Positions 34,789-49,129 of a stretch of DNA of 51,716 nucleotides are shown one piece after another (position 1 is the stretch's first letter; every line of letters starts with the position of its first letter). Below the pieces are notes generated by a model. That model saw nothing but the letters and a program-made list of their open reading frames with translations. It searched no databases and had not been told where the DNA came from. A program made the translations under genes and the position numbers. Origin of the DNA: Octopus bimaculoides (lineage: Eukaryota); NCBI RefSeq assembly GCF_001194135.2, contig NC_068990.1:20789633-20841348 (forward strand). Reading direction: 5' to 3'.

Positions 34789-35474
34789 NNNNNNNNNNNN
34801 NNNNNNNNNNNNNNNNNNNNNNNNNNNNNNNNNNNNNNNNNNNNNNNNNNNNNNNNNNNNNNNNNNNNNNNNNNNNNNNNNNNNNNNNNNNNNNNNNNNN
34901 NNNNNNNNNNNNNNNNNNNNNNNNNNNNNNNNNNNNNNNNNNNNNNNNNNNNNNNNNNNNNNNNNNNNNNNNNNNNNNNNNNNNNNNNNNNNNNNNNNNN
35001 NNNNNNNNNNNNNNNNNNNNNNNNNNNNNNNNNNNNNNNNNNNNNNNNNNNNNNNNNNNNNNNNNNNNNNNNNNNNNNNNNNNNNNNNNNNNNNNNNNNN
35101 NNNNNNNNNNNNNNNNNNNNNNNNNNNNNNNNNNNNNNNNNNNNNNNNNNNNNNNNNNNNNNNNNNNNNNNNNNNNNNNNNNNNNNNNNNNNNNNNNNNN
35201 NNNNNNNNNNNNNNNNNNNNNNNNNNNNNNNNNNNNNNNNNNNNNNNNNNNNNNNNNNNNNNGTGTGTGTGTGTGTGTGTGTGTGTGCGTGTGTGTGTAT
35301 AGTGCAATCTCAAAGAATGCGACCATCCGGCACTTGTCCTGGGGCCACATGGATCCGGGGGCTCAAAGCCAAGCTATCTATGCTGTGTTTGTGCTTATAG
35401 TTGACCCTAGGTTATTATTTCTCCCGAGAAACCTCTGGTGTTTATGTATACGTGGATTGACACATATCCATGTG

Positions 35475-35509
<35 letters not shown>

Positions 35510-36934
35510 NNNNNNNNNNATGCGTGCGTGCGTGCATGCGTGCGTGCGTGCATGCGTGCGTGCGTGCGTATTTTGTCTGTGTAACTCGTCTTGTGTTTTT
35601 CTTGCGTTGCATGTGTTTGTATGCATCGTATATATTTTGCGTTTCTCTTTTGTGCCTATATATATAATGGAGACGGCTGGTTCGAAAAATGGTGTCGCAA
35701 AATGCTCAGCGTAGCAACTCGACAAACTTAGTTCGATAGAATATGCAACAGACTCAAGTATCTATTAATTACTTAAACTCGCTGAACTCACAATTTAAGG
35801 ACTGAAAATATGAAATGAATTACGGAATAACATACTTAAACGTTTATGTTCAAGTAGAGATACCTAAAACATTGAAGATCTCTCAAAACTTTATTACTCA
35901 TTTCAATGTGTTTATCAAGAATAATCGAAGCATATGTGCAGCGATTACTGTGAGGATTACAAGGTAGCTTTGCACTCACAAAATNNNNNNNNNNNNNNNN
36001 NNNNNNNNNNNNNNNNNNNNNNNNNNNNNNNNNNNNNNNNNNNNNNNNNNNNNNNNNNNNNNNNNNNNNNNNNNNNNNNNNNNNNNNNNNNNNNNNNNNN
36101 NNNNNNNNNNNNNNNNNNNNNNNNNNNNNNNNNNNNNNNNNNNNNNNNNNNNNNNNNNNNNNNNNNNNNNNNNNNNNNNNNNNNNNNNNNNNNNNNNNNN
36201 NNNNNNNNNNNNNNNNNNNNNNNNNNNNNNNNNNNNNNNNNNNNNNNNNNNNNNNNNNNNNNNNNNNNNNNNNNNNNNNNNNNNNNNNNNNNNNNNNNNN
36301 NNNNNNNNNNNNNNNNNNNNNNNNNNNNNNNNNNNNNNNNNNNNNNNNNNNNNNNNNNNNNNNNNNNNNNNNNNNNNNNNNNNNNNNNNNNNNNNNNNNN
36401 NNNNNNNNNNNNNNNNNNNNNNNNNNNNNTGTGTGTGTGTGTGTGTGTACATATAGAACTGCTGCACTGTAAAGTGGGATAAACAAAGAAGTATTCCATG
36501 AAATGGGAGATAAATAGCATTTAAAATACGCAGTATTTAAATTCGAGCTGCTATTAGTTCCATGCCTTGTGTTTTCAACCAATCTTTCAAACTCAAATAT
36601 ACAGCATGGCTGGTCGTGAGCGCACTATCGTTTAAACAAAGATGAGCTCAGCATTATCGTGAACACACTAACGTAACGTCCACGTAACGTAGTGGCTCGG
36701 CAATAAAAACTGATAAAATAATTACCCGCATTTTAAACAATGCAGTTTATATCATTATTATAAGCTTCATTAATGTTTACTTCAAATACATTGATTCCGC
36801 CATATTTCAACACACAACCGGAAAAAGTTATACGTTTATACTTTAATAGTTTAGTCATCAGTTCTTTATGCATCTTCATTGTTTGTCAGTAAACTATCTT
36901 GGCAATAGCTCCTACTGTTGTATAACCTTCTATC

Positions 36935-37125
36935 TTTTATTTTTTACTTACTTCTGTCATTTGACTGTGGCCATGCTGGGGCACCGACTTGAAGGGCTTT
37001 AGTCGAAGAAATCAACATCAGGGCTTTTTTTTTTAAAAGCCTAGTGGTTTCTCTACTTATCTCTTTTGCCAGACTGGTAAGTTATGGGGATGTAAACACA
37101 CCAACACTGGCTGTCAAGATGTGGT

Positions 37126-37135
<10 letters not shown>
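36935..37135 (-). mobile_element. SINE family B 3' half
   Basis: TTTGACTGTGGCCATGCTGGGGCACCG...GGGGATGTAAACACACCAACACTGGCTGTCAAG. Confidence 0.8.
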
Positions 37136-37163
<28 letters not shown>

Positions 37164-37666
37164 CATACAAACACTCCCCCACACACACAAACGCACACAT
37201 ATATTTGTAGTGTAATGTATGGATTCACTGAAAGCTACTCTAGCGAACCGGCTGGCAGACAACATACAAATCCATTATGCAGGATAATAACGCAGAGCTC
37301 CATGCAGCTGAAATTCAAGAGACCCAATCGATGGCATTATCTCATGAGAAATATATAAACAAGGTGGCATATGTATAAAAACTATTTTTGTTTTACGTGA
37401 AATTAAGAAATTACACATAAAACCAATTGAGCAATAACAACATTAATAAACAGATTTCATTTACTATTGTTTTCGCTATGCATATCTATATATAAATATA
37501 AGTATGCGCGCGCGTGTGTGTGTGTGTGTGCGTGCGTGTATGCGTGCCTGTGTGTGTGTGCATTTTGTATGTAAGTACGTATATATTGCTATATTTCGTC
37601 GCATAATCTCTCTCTATATATATTCATATATCTCTATCTACATCTCTCACCCTGTCTCTCTCTCTG

Positions 37667-37738
<72 letters not shown>

Positions 37739-38654
37739 NNNNNNNNNNNNNNNNNNNNNNNNNNNNNNNNNNNNNNNNNNNNNNNNNNNNNNNNNNNNNN
37801 NNNNNNNNNNNNNNNNNNNNNNNNNNNNNNNNNNNNNNNNNNNNNNNNNNNNNNNNNNNNNNNNNNNNNNNNNNNNNNNNNNNNNNNNNNNNNNNNNNNN
37901 NNNNNNNNNNNNNNNNNNNNNNNNNNNNNNNNNNNNNNNNNNNNNNNNNNNNNNNNNNNNNNNNNNNNNNNNNNNNNNNNNNNNNNNNNNNNNNNNNNNN
38001 NNNNNNNNNNNNNNNNNNNNNNNNNNNNNNNNNNNNNNNNNNNNNNNNNNNNNNNNNNNNNNNNNNNNNNNNNNNNNNNNNNNNNNNNNNNNNNNNNNNN
38101 NNNNNNNNNNNNNNNNNNNNNNNNNNNNNNNNNNNNNNNNNNNNNNNNNNNNNNNNNNNNNNNNNNNNNNNNNNNNNNNNNNNNNNNNNNNNNNNNNNNN
38201 NNNNNNNNNNNNNNNNNNNNNNNNNNNNNNNNNNNNNNNNNNNNNNNNNNNNNNNNNNNNNNNNNNNNNNNNNNNNNNNNNNNNNNNNNNNNNNNNNNNN
38301 NNNNNNNNNNNNNNNNNNNNNNNNNNNNNNNNNNNNNNNNNNNNNNNNNNNNNNNNNNNNNNNNNNNNNNNNNNNNNNNNNNNNNNNNNNNNNNNNNNNN
38401 NNNNNNNNNNNNNNNNNNNNNNNNNNNNNNNNNNNNNNNNNNNNNNNNNNNNNNNNNNNNNNNNNNNNNNNNNNNNNNNNNNNNNNNNNNNNNNNNNNNN
38501 NNNNNNNNNNNNNNNNNNNNNNNNAATGTTGAAGTGAATCTAACGGATTTTGTGTTATTTTAAATGGCTTATAAACACCTTCCACGCTGCAATTGTTTTC
38601 GTTCCAGCACACGATCTCAGATCAGGTCACTTGCTATGCAAGTACATCTCCGTA

Positions 38655-38692
<38 letters not shown>

Positions 38693-39196
38693 GTATGTGT
38701 GCGTGTGTGTGTGTGTGTGCGTGTGTGTATGTATATGAATATATTTGGGTATATAAGTTTTGTATATATGTGTACGTATGTACATGTCTGTCTGCCCTTC
38801 TGCCAGCCTGCCTGTCTGCCTGTCCACCGGCCTGCCTGACTGCTTCTCTGTCTATGTCAGGGTGTATGGGATGAGGTGGGTGGACGTGCGTATGTGTGTG
38901 TGTATGTTTGCGTGTGTATGTATTTATACATATGCGGTGTATAACTATTATTTTTCTATGTATAATTTATGCATGTATGTATTTGCGTACACATACACGC
39001 GCGCACATACACACACATGTGCTTGATACAGAATATATATATATACACCGAAATGCAGAAACACACACACACAGACAAACACACACACAGACACACTTGC
39101 AATTAGAAACATATACAGAGAGAAAGAGAAAAGAGAAATATGAAGGGTAGTTAGATCGGTAGACAGAAAGGCAGTTAAATAGACAGACAGAAAGGC

Positions 39197-39259
<63 letters not shown>

Positions 39260-39283
39260 CAGATAGCTAGCTAGCTAGCTAGC

Positions 39284-39324
<41 letters not shown>

Positions 39325-39360
39325 TGAGAGAGAGAGAGAGATGGATGGATGGATAGATAG
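39197..39360. repeat. (GATA)n/(GCTA)n/(GA)n/(GGAT)n compound repeat
   Basis: Directly visible. Confidence 0.95.
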
Positions 39361-42104
39361 ATACGAAGCAAAGAAGGATACCCAAGGAACCCATTAATTA
39401 TTAGTGAGGCTAAGATTGATTCATGTAGTTTTGAATATTCTCTCAATTATACGTTATGCTGGAATACAAATTACCTTGGAGAAGGAATTATTATATGATA
39501 AAAAAAAAAGAAAAGAAAACCCGTATGTGACGTGTATAGCGGAACATGTATAAAGTAATAGAGGCCAAAACATAAATTAGCTACACTGACACAAAGTGCG
39601 AGAGGCTAAACAACGGCAAAAGAATAATAATAATAATAATAATAATAAAAATATAAAATATAAGTTGCATTGCGTATGTCGAGAGTTTCATCAATAGTGT
39701 GTGAATGAATCATAAAAAAAAAAATACCTAGGGTAGAAGAAATTAAAGCCTTATAAATGTTTTAGTTTTGGTGACATGGGGCTGACAAATGATGACCACA
39801 AAGCAGGATAACAAACGTATTAGATTTCTATTGCAACATATAAAAATGGCGTTTCATTTATTTCCTTTTCATATTGCGTTTTCCGATGTTACCGCCAACA
39901 TTGTAAACTGCATTATATATATATTTCTGTTATTTTGGGGAGGCTGTTTTCTTTTTTGTGTTTTGAAATTCCAGGTTCTGAATTCTGTGTCCTTCTTAGT
40001 TTTTTCTTGCATTCTTTATTTATATATTATCTCGTGTTTTTTCTTCTCCCTCTCGTATTCTTTAAGATTGTATTTCTTCTTTAATCATAGGCCTTATTCA
40101 TGATGGACATTATCGAATAAATAGCAGAGAAGAATGTCCTTCATGTTGTTTTGATTCCTGTAACTTCGCTAGTTGCAACACGTGTACAGACTACAAGCCA
40201 TGAATATGCATATGTANNNNNNNNNNNNNNNNNNNNNNNNNNNNNNNNNNNNNNNNNNNNNNNNNNNNNNNNNNNNNNNNNNNNNNNNNNNNNNNNNNNN
40301 NNNNNNNNNNNNNNNNNNNNNNNNNNNNNNNNNNNNNNNNNNNNNNNNNNNNNNNNNNNNNNNNNNNNNNNNNNNNNNNNNNNNNNNNNNNNNNNNNNNN
40401 NNNNNNNNNNNNNNNNNNNNNNNNNNNNNNNNNNNNNNNNNNNNNNNNNNNNNNNNNNNNNNNNNNNNNNNNNNNNNNNNNNNNNNNNNNNNNNNNNNNN
40501 NNNNNNNNNNNNNNNNNNNNNNNNNNNNNNNNNNNNNNNNNNNNNNNNNNNNNNNNNNNNNNNNNNNNNNNNNNNNNNNNNNNNNNNNNNNNNNNNNNNN
40601 NNNNNNNNNNNNNNNNNNNNNNNNNNNNNNNNNNNNNNNNNNNNNNNNNNNNNNNNNNNNNNNNNNNNNNNNNNNNNNNNNNNNNNNNNNNNNNNNNNNN
40701 NNNNNNNNNNNNNNNNNNNNNNNNNNNNNNNNNNNNNNNNNATATATATATATATACATATATATGTATATATTACACATATATATAGATATACATATTG
40801 ATATATATTTACACACATATATAAATATATAAATATATATATATACATATATATATATATATTCATACACACACACACACATATATATATATATACATAT
40901 ATATAATCTTTTTCAATATCCGTATGTATGCCTGTAATGCTTGTATACAAGCATATGAACAACAGTGAATTCCTCTATTCTTACTTACATATAAATTAAG
41001 ATAATATATTTTTTATTCTTCCTAGCATGTTTGATGCCGTGTATTCATAACTCTATAACGTTACATACACTAATATACAATTGCATAAATATATTAAGAC
41101 TTTCATACGTATTCAGAGCGGCTTTATATTAGAATTCTATCTGGACAGAAAAGAGGAGGAAAATGTTCGCAAAGTGTTGACAATTGCGGCCATTGGGTCC
41201 TGGTAAACAATGGCCAAGGTTGGAACCTTTTATCTGTTGTTCTTTAGTTGAACATAAATATATATATGTTTATATCACTACACATGTCTTGAAAACATCA
41301 AACGCTAGAGTGGAATTGGTTGAAAAAGGTCGGAATCTTTTACCTTTCTTAAAATATTCTATTCATATAACGCTGATTACAGTAATACAACGTTTTTTCG
41401 ATCTTAACAAAAATATACGCATCTGATTTCCCCGATCACTTCACTTATATTATTCCCTATCAATCTGACCTCTGTTTCTTTTCTTCTATTTGAATTTTCA
41501 CTTCTTTTTCACTATCACATTCAAGCCTGTCCTCCTGTCCTTCTTTTTCCTCTTACTGACATTAGCTGTTGATGTCCACTTATACATGTACATTATAGAG
41601 TATCCTATGAGCTATGATATTTTATTCAATATATAATTATCTTGCTGCCTTTGACTCACGCCATTTCTTACGAAAGTCAGTCCCATGATTTCAGACACTA
41701 TCAGCAAAAGATGTGCTATACGTAAGCCAAAAGATGTTTCTTCTTTACAGATTTTGTTTCATATCAACCTAACTCTTTAATTACAAGATTATCGGGTATC
41801 ACAACGTATTTTTGTACATTCTAAGCTTGAATGTGATTATGTTTCTTCTTTTTTATTTTCTACTCTGAGCAAGTAAATGTTGAATATAATTTCGTTTCCT
41901 AAATGTTTGGTTCATTTTAACAAAGTTACTATTGACGTCAAACTGCAATCGCTGCCGTTGTTCTACTTGTTTAACCCCAGGTCAGCTCTCTTAAACAGAT
42001 TTATACACAGCAGTTTTCGATTTGTGATCATCCCATCTTATATTTTCCTGTATATATAAGCTCAACATATTCCAGTGAGTCCTCATGGTTAAATATATTT
42101 TACC

Positions 42105-42475
42105 AGGTTAATTGTAAATAAGACCACGTAAAGAGCGCAAACCTCTGCCAAGGCAACACCAGCGTTTCCTCAACGATTAGTCAGAGATGATTTTTAAAAT
42201 GAGAATATCTGAAATAAACTCGACTGCTCTCACAAACGAGAATACTAAAAATAGAACCCGACAGTTCTCAAAAACTAAGTAAAAAAGAACGGAAAAATAA
42301 TCCAGAATCCTTTTCCGGTACCAGATCGGTCCCAATACATAACCAGATCGTGCTAGTCACGAGGCCAAACATCCCTGAAAGTTTCACCCGAATATATCTA
42401 GCGGTTTTTGAGATACGTTGTCCACAAACAAACAAATTGACTGAAACAATACCTCCGCCTCCGCCTCCGCTATTA
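42105..42475 (+). mobile_element. Probable non-autonomous Helitron/Helentron-type element
   Basis: AATCCAGAATCC..CCGG..GAAAGTTTCA..GAAT...ACAAACAAACAAA..GAAACAATACCTCC has the layout of HINE-like elements as I recall them. The usual 3' hairpin is incomplete. Confidence 0.4.
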
Positions 42476-42608
42476 TCCGCGTCATCCCCTTCCCCAGTTC
42501 TTTCTTTCTCCTTTTTTTTACAGTGGCTTTGCGCCTCATCTTTCCCACTTAGTTTTGTTTTTCCTTTTCCCATTTTCATTTTTCAATTATTAATAAAATT
42601 TACCTAGA

Positions 42609-42818
42609 AAGGCGCCGAGCTGGCAGAATCGTTAGCACGCTGGGCAAAACGTGTAGCGGCATTTCGTCCGTGTTTACGTTCTGAGATCAAATTCTACTGA
42701 AGTCGAATTACCATTCGAGCTCGATAAAATAAATGCCAGTTGAGCACTGGGGTCCATGTAATCAACTTAGCACCGCCTTCTATATTACTGGCCCTATTCC
42801 AAATTTTGAAACCAATTT
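42609..42818 (+). mobile_element. tRNA-derived SINE family A
   Basis: Family A consensus. Confidence 0.85.
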
Positions 42819-43154
42819 AATTTACTTATTTACTAAACATTTTGATCACAACTAAAAATTTTAACTTGCCCTCTCTTTTTTTAAATTTCAATTTTAATTT
42901 TCACTTCGGGCTTTCTTCTACAGCATTCTATATTTAATTACTTGCAATTATTTATTCATGATATAGTGTCTAGATGACGATTGAAAGATATATATATAAG
43001 ACTCCTATCAGCATGTGTGTATACATTTGCGCTCTTCCTACAGCATTAAGAGTATTTTAACTCTCATATCTGGCATTAAACTTAGTTACATGTAGGGACG
43101 ATTGAATTTTTCCCTTTAGGTATCGCATTGCGCTTAGCTGTTCTGTAGATAGTA

Positions 43155-43477
43155 AAGACACGTGGTTTAGTGGTTATTGTATTGGGTTCATGATCGTAAG
43201 GTAGTGATATCGATACGCGGCGAGCGTGGTATCATGAAGCAAGGCGATTTTTTTCACGTTGGTCTGTTCCACCTGGCTAAAATGAATTCTATCTGTATTT
43301 TAAAGAATCAGCCTTGTAACATTCTGTGTCACACAGAATCTCCCTGAGATTCAAGGTACGCGTTAAGGTACATGTCCGTGTGTGGTTGTGTGCAACCACT
43401 TGCACGTTAATTCCATGAACAAGCAGATCCGTTCATCTGATCAACTGGAACGTCCGTTGTCGTAGCCGACGGTGTGT
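43155..43477 (+). mobile_element. SINE family C, near full length (tRNA head, CORE-like domain, tail)
   Basis: Head resembles 741-815; tail aligns with 10400-10607. Confidence 0.75.
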
Positions 43478-43889
43478 TCTTTATTAGAGAGAATGTTAAT
43501 CACAAACACACAGATACATACACATACACACACATACTCACACGCTCACTCTCACACACACGGGCATTCACACAGACACTCACTCACGCTCACACACTCA
43601 CACACACACACACACAGTCACATACGCACACACACACACATATATTTAAGGTAGACTGCAATCTGGTATAAATTTCGCAATTATTTATTCCACTTCGCAT
43701 GAATGGGGGCGATATGGTCCTTCGTCCCCTCGCTACGACATACGGGCGTTACTTTAGACATTCTATACCACTGTAGGTTCCATTTTAGTAATATCAAAGT
43801 CTCAGTGTTATATTTTATATTTTAGCAGAATTTTAACTAAGCTACTTTCTGTCTTTTTATCATCTTGATTCTCTTTTCGCTCCCACATT

Positions 43890-43990
43890 GTGTGACACCT
43901 TGAGCAAGTTCCTTCTACTATCGCTTTGAGCCTGCCAAATCGTTGTCAGTGGATTTGGTGGATAGAAACTGAAAGAAGCCCGTCGTATGC
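43890..43990 (+). mobile_element. SINE family B central fragment
   Basis: GTGACACCTTGAGCAAGTTCCTTCTACTATCGC...GAAACTGAAAGAAGCCCGTCGTAT. Confidence 0.8.
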
Positions 43991-44055
43991 GTATGTACAA
44001 AACGTATAATCACACACGTATACACACACACACACACCCACGTATACATGCATAC

Positions 44056-44108
<53 letters not shown>

Positions 44109-44114
44109 CATATT

Positions 44115-44222
44115 TGTTTTGCGGCCCGCGGCTGTAGGAGAAGACACTTACCTAGGGTACCACGCAGTAGGACCAAACCCGGAACCATGTGGTTCGGAAA
44201 CAAGCTACTTACCACTCACCCA
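44115..44222 (-). mobile_element. SINE family B head
   Basis: GAAGACACTTACCTAGGGTACCACGCAGTAGGACCAAACCCGGAACCATGTGGTT...CTACTTACCAC. Confidence 0.8.
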
Positions 44223-45304
44223 ATAAAAACTAATACAAATGAACACGTATTAACAGAGAATATAGGTGATACAGACACTCCCCATACACACATGCACTTA
44301 CAAAAGACACANNNNNNNNNNNNNNNNNNNNNNNNNNNNNNNNNNNNNNNNNNNNNNNNNNNNNNNNNNNNNNNNNNNNNNNNNNNNNNNNNNNNNNNNN
44401 NNNNNNNNNNNNNNNNNNNNNNNNNNNNNNNNNNNNNNNNNNNNNNNNNNNNNNNNNNNNNNNNNNNNNNNNNNNNNNNNNNNNNNNNNNNNNNNNNNNN
44501 NNNNNNNNNNNNNNNNNNNNNNNNNNNNNNNNNNNNNNNNNNNNNNNNNNNNNNNNNNNNNNNNNNNNNNNNNNNNNNNNNNNNNNNNNNNNNNNNNNNN
44601 NNNNNNNNNNNNNNNNNNNNNNNNNNNNNNNNNNNNNNNNNNNNNNNNNNNNNNNNNNNNNNNNNNNNNNNNNNNNNNNNNNNNNNNNNNNNNNNNNNNN
44701 NNNNNNNNNNNNNNNNNNNNNNNNNNNNNNNNNNNNNNNNNNNNNNNNNNNNNNNNNNNNNNNNNNNNNNNNNNNNNNNNNNNNNNNNNNNNNNNNNNNN
44801 NNNNNNNNNNNNNNNNNNNNNNNNNNNNNNNNNNNNNNNNNNNNNNNNNNNNNNNNNNNNNNNNNNNNNNNNNNNNNNNNNNNNNNNNNNNNNNNNNNNN
44901 NNNNNNNNNNNNNNNNNNNNNNNNNNNNNNNNNNNNNNNNNNNNNNNNNNNNNNNNNNNNNNNNNNNNNNNNNNNNNNNNNNNNNNNNNNNNNNNNNNNN
45001 NNNNNNNNNNNNNNNNNNNNNNNNNNNNNNNNNNNNNNNNNNNNNNNNNNNNNNNNNNNNNNNNNNNNNNNNNNNNNNNNNNNNNNNNNNNNNNNNNNNN
45101 NNNNNNNNNNNNNNNNNNNNNNNNNNNNNNNNNNNNNNNNNNNNNNNNNNNNNNNNNNNNNNNNNNNNNNNNNNNNNNNNNNNNNNNNNNNNNNNNNNNN
45201 NNNNNNNNNNNNNNNNNNNNNNNNNNNNNNNNNNNNNNNNNNNNNNNNNNNNNNNNNNNNNNNNNNNNNNNNNNNNNNNNNNNNNNNNNNNNNNNNNNNN
45301 NNNN

Positions 45305-45338
<34 letters not shown>

Positions 45339-45399
45339 ATGTGTGTGTGTGTATGTGCGTGTGTCTGCAACATGAAATACGTAGACAAATGAGTTAAAT

Positions 45400-45600
45400 A
45401 CGTAAACAATGACAGAAAAAAAAAACGGAAAACAAGACAAGTAAACACAGTGAAAGGACCCTTCATCAGTTGTCGGCTGTCTATCTACTCCTCATTTCGA
45501 GCATTCAATGATAATATGAGTCTTCAAAGACAGCAGCTCCCATAAATTCTGAAATAAAATTTAGGAGTTATGGAGGATCAAAGTTGGGAACAAAACAGGA
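45400..45600 (-). mobile_element. Interspersed repeat (family E), second copy
   Basis: Shares ordered motifs with 2320-2480. Confidence 0.45.
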
Positions 45601-46664
45601 CAGTAGAGACATACAAGGAAACCGAACGAAAATAAACATGGTGTGTCATTAGACCAGAACGAGAAGAAAATAGTGAACTGCGGGAGAAATATTTTCTTTG
45701 GAAAAAGATAGAAGAGAGAGAGAAAAAAAACAGTCCTTTGAACGTCCTTGCTGGTAAAGAAAGATGGCCACGTGAGGAAAGGGAAGATGGACGATGGTCA
45801 CATATGAGCAACGAGAGAGAGAGAGAGAGAGAGAGGGGGGAGAGAGAAAGAGAAAGATGGGATTGAGAAAGATAGAAAGCAGTGAATGACGGAGGAGAGA
45901 TAAAGGGAATTACAGGAGGATGGAGGAAGATTGTAGTATAGAATCGCATCAAAAAGGTATATGTTTATAAGGGTATTGACTTCGTAATCGAGACACAAGG
46001 ATGTTACAAGCACGGGAAAATGTAGGAAGAAAAAGTGAAAGCACGAATCACATATATGTACAATAACATGCACCACAACTGAAAATCGAGTTCTTTTCAA
46101 ACCAGTAACGAGGCCCCAAAAGTCTAAAACAGAATGCTGTACTCTAATGGCAACGCACGTTCGGCAAGTGGCTGAAGTTGCTTCCGAATACTTCATAGAA
46201 GCATTTAAAGAATAGTATGTAGAATTTCGCATATATTTTCAGTTATCAGCTTTAACGCAAAATGCGAAGGTCAAGATATGGCTTTTGGTAGAAGGCACTC
46301 ATTACAGTCGCCATGTCATGAGATCGGATCCTCCTTACTACCGCAAGAGCGATCGATTGCGAAGTGAAATTCTGGACAACAAAGCAATACCTAAATGGAA
46401 ACCACTTTTGCGGGAGAATAATGGGGCGATAGAATAATTAAAAAAAATACTGCTTGGATTTGTATTTATCGAGTGCCCCACCTCTTATTATAAAGGAAAA
46501 TCAGAGTAATAAAAATAACTGATGTAAGACGTTAACGTTTATCGATGATTCCCTTTTTATGTATTTACACATGCATACATACATGCATACATGCATACAT
46601 ACATACATACATATACGTTTGCAAATATGGATATATACACACACATATATACATGTATATGTTA

Positions 46665-46704
<40 letters not shown>

Positions 46705-46898
46705 NNNNNNNNNNNNNNNNNNNNNNNNNNNNNNNNNNNNNNNNNNNNNNNNNNNNNNNNNNNNNNNNNNNNNNNNNNNNNNNNNNNNNNNNNNNNNNNN
46801 NNNNNNNNNNNNNNNNNNNNNNNNNNNNNNNNNNNNNNNNNNNNNNNNNNNNNNNNNNNNATATGTATATATATATATATATATGAAACTATATATAT

Positions 46899-46943
<45 letters not shown>

Positions 46944-47720
46944 CAACCATACACAAACGTATACATTTAAGCGCACACATTGTCAACAATTAGAAATTAA
47001 TATCGATTTCAGTGTTTGGGTGACGCAGGTGTACGCAGCCCGAAGATGATCAAAGAAGTTTAGTTAGACATAGGGATAGCCATATACGAAGATTTTATGA
47101 GATTAATACAAAGACATGCATCACAAGTGTATTTTTCTTTTTTAGCTTGCAGGTATTGTAACTGCAACAATCTATATGAAAACCTCATTATATCCTCTAT
47201 CACGAAACAAATGCAAGCTTTAGCTTCCATTTAAGACCTATACAGCAAAAGAATATTAATGAGTACAATACAATCTTTTTTAATATCGAGTAATGAATTG
47301 GTAGTTCGATGCGTACATGAATTTTTTTCCCTTTTTCTATTCTTTGATATTAACAACACAGTAATTATAACAAATAAACTAGCCACAGTCCTTATAGAAA
47401 ACATCAACGGTGATAACAACGAGCATCTATTAAGCAATGAAGACCAACATAAAGATGATGGATAATAAAATACATATACATAGTACATAATACATACATG
47501 CATACAAACATACATATATACAAACATATATATATATATATATGTATGTATGATATGTATGGTATACTTAATAATACGGAGACAAATGCACTCTGCATGA
47601 AACAGAAACGTAGGAGAAAACAAAAGGATTTAAAAAAGAAAATAAAAGATTATAGAATAATAAAGAGGAAAGATTAATAAGACTAGCAGATGTATATTAG
47701 AGAATATTTTTTATGCGTAC

Positions 47721-47754
<34 letters not shown>

Positions 47755-48867
47755 NNNNNNNNNNNNNNNNNNNNNNNNNNNNNNNNNNNNNNNNNNNNNN
47801 NNNNNNNNNNNNNNNNNNNNNNNNNNNNNNNNNNNNNNNNNNNNNNNNNNNNNNNNNNNNNNNNNNNNNNNNNNNNNNNNNNNNNNNNNNNNNNNNNNNN
47901 NNNNNNNNNNNNNNNNNNNNNNNNNNNNNNNNNNNNNNNNNNNNNNNNNNNNNNNNNNNNNNNNNNNNNNNNNNNNNNNNNNNNNNNNNNNNNNNNNNNN
48001 NNNNNNNNNNNNNNNNNNNNNNNNNNNNNNNNNNNNNNNNNNNNNNNNNNNNNNNNNNNNNNNNNNNNNNNNNNNNNNNNNNNNNNNNNNNNNNNNNNNN
48101 NNNNNNNNNNNNNNNNNNNNNNNNNNNNNNNNNNNNNNNNNNNNNNNNNNNNNNNNNNNNNNNNNNNTATATGTACATGTAGATTTGTACATGCATGCAT
48201 GCAAAGATACATACATATATATGTGTGTGTGCGCGTGTGTGTGTACTAATACATATATATGCATTCGTATTTGCATATATATATATATATATACATATGC
48301 ATATATATATATATATATGGACACGATGAAATACGGCCTTGCCCTTACACACATAAAACCTCACACATGTACACACATACACACACACAGACACAGACGC
48401 ACACACCTATTTACAAGCATCAATACATGGTTGCCTATATTAGAAGGATTATTTTCCTCGTCATCGCAATATGGCTGTCCTGGAGTCGTCACTGAAAGAG
48501 CGGGATATATTTATCGATTTCCCCCGGGTGATTGTGGCGATGGGCGGGAATTTGCCACGTGTGTTTTGCATTGTGGTCGCATGCTTATATTTATTACAAT
48601 ACTTTGCTATTATATATATATATATGTTGTTTTTTTTTAATTCCCTTTTCAGTTATTTAGTTTGAATGAGTGTATTTAAGGTCGGGATTTTTCTATGCAG
48701 CAATTGTTTATGAGAAATGGATGTATCATATGAGCTTTCTTTAAGAAAATATGCTTCCATTACGAACTCGTAAAAGTCTGTAAATCAGTTAAGAGAAAGT
48801 GTGGAAAGAAAGACCGTATGAGTTCCAGAGTTCAAATTCCATCGGGACTGAATCCATTACTTCATTT

Positions 48868-49062
48868 CAATCTTTAGACTGCGTCCATGCTGTAGCATCG
48901 TCTAAATGGTTTTAGTCGAACAAATAAATCGATCTCAGGTCTTTTTTATTTTATTTTTGAGCCTTTTACTTATTCCGCCTGTTTCTTCTTGACGAACTGC
49001 TAATATACCGAGACGTAAACACATTAACACCGGCTGTCAGGCTTTGGTGGGAGACAAATATA

Positions 49063-49065
<3 letters not shown>
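48868..49065 (-). mobile_element. SINE family B 3' half
   Basis: AGACTGCGTCCATGCTGTAGCATCG...GACGTAAACACATTAACACCGGCTGTCAGGC...GGGAGACAAA. Confidence 0.75.
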
Positions 49066-49129
<64 letters not shown>

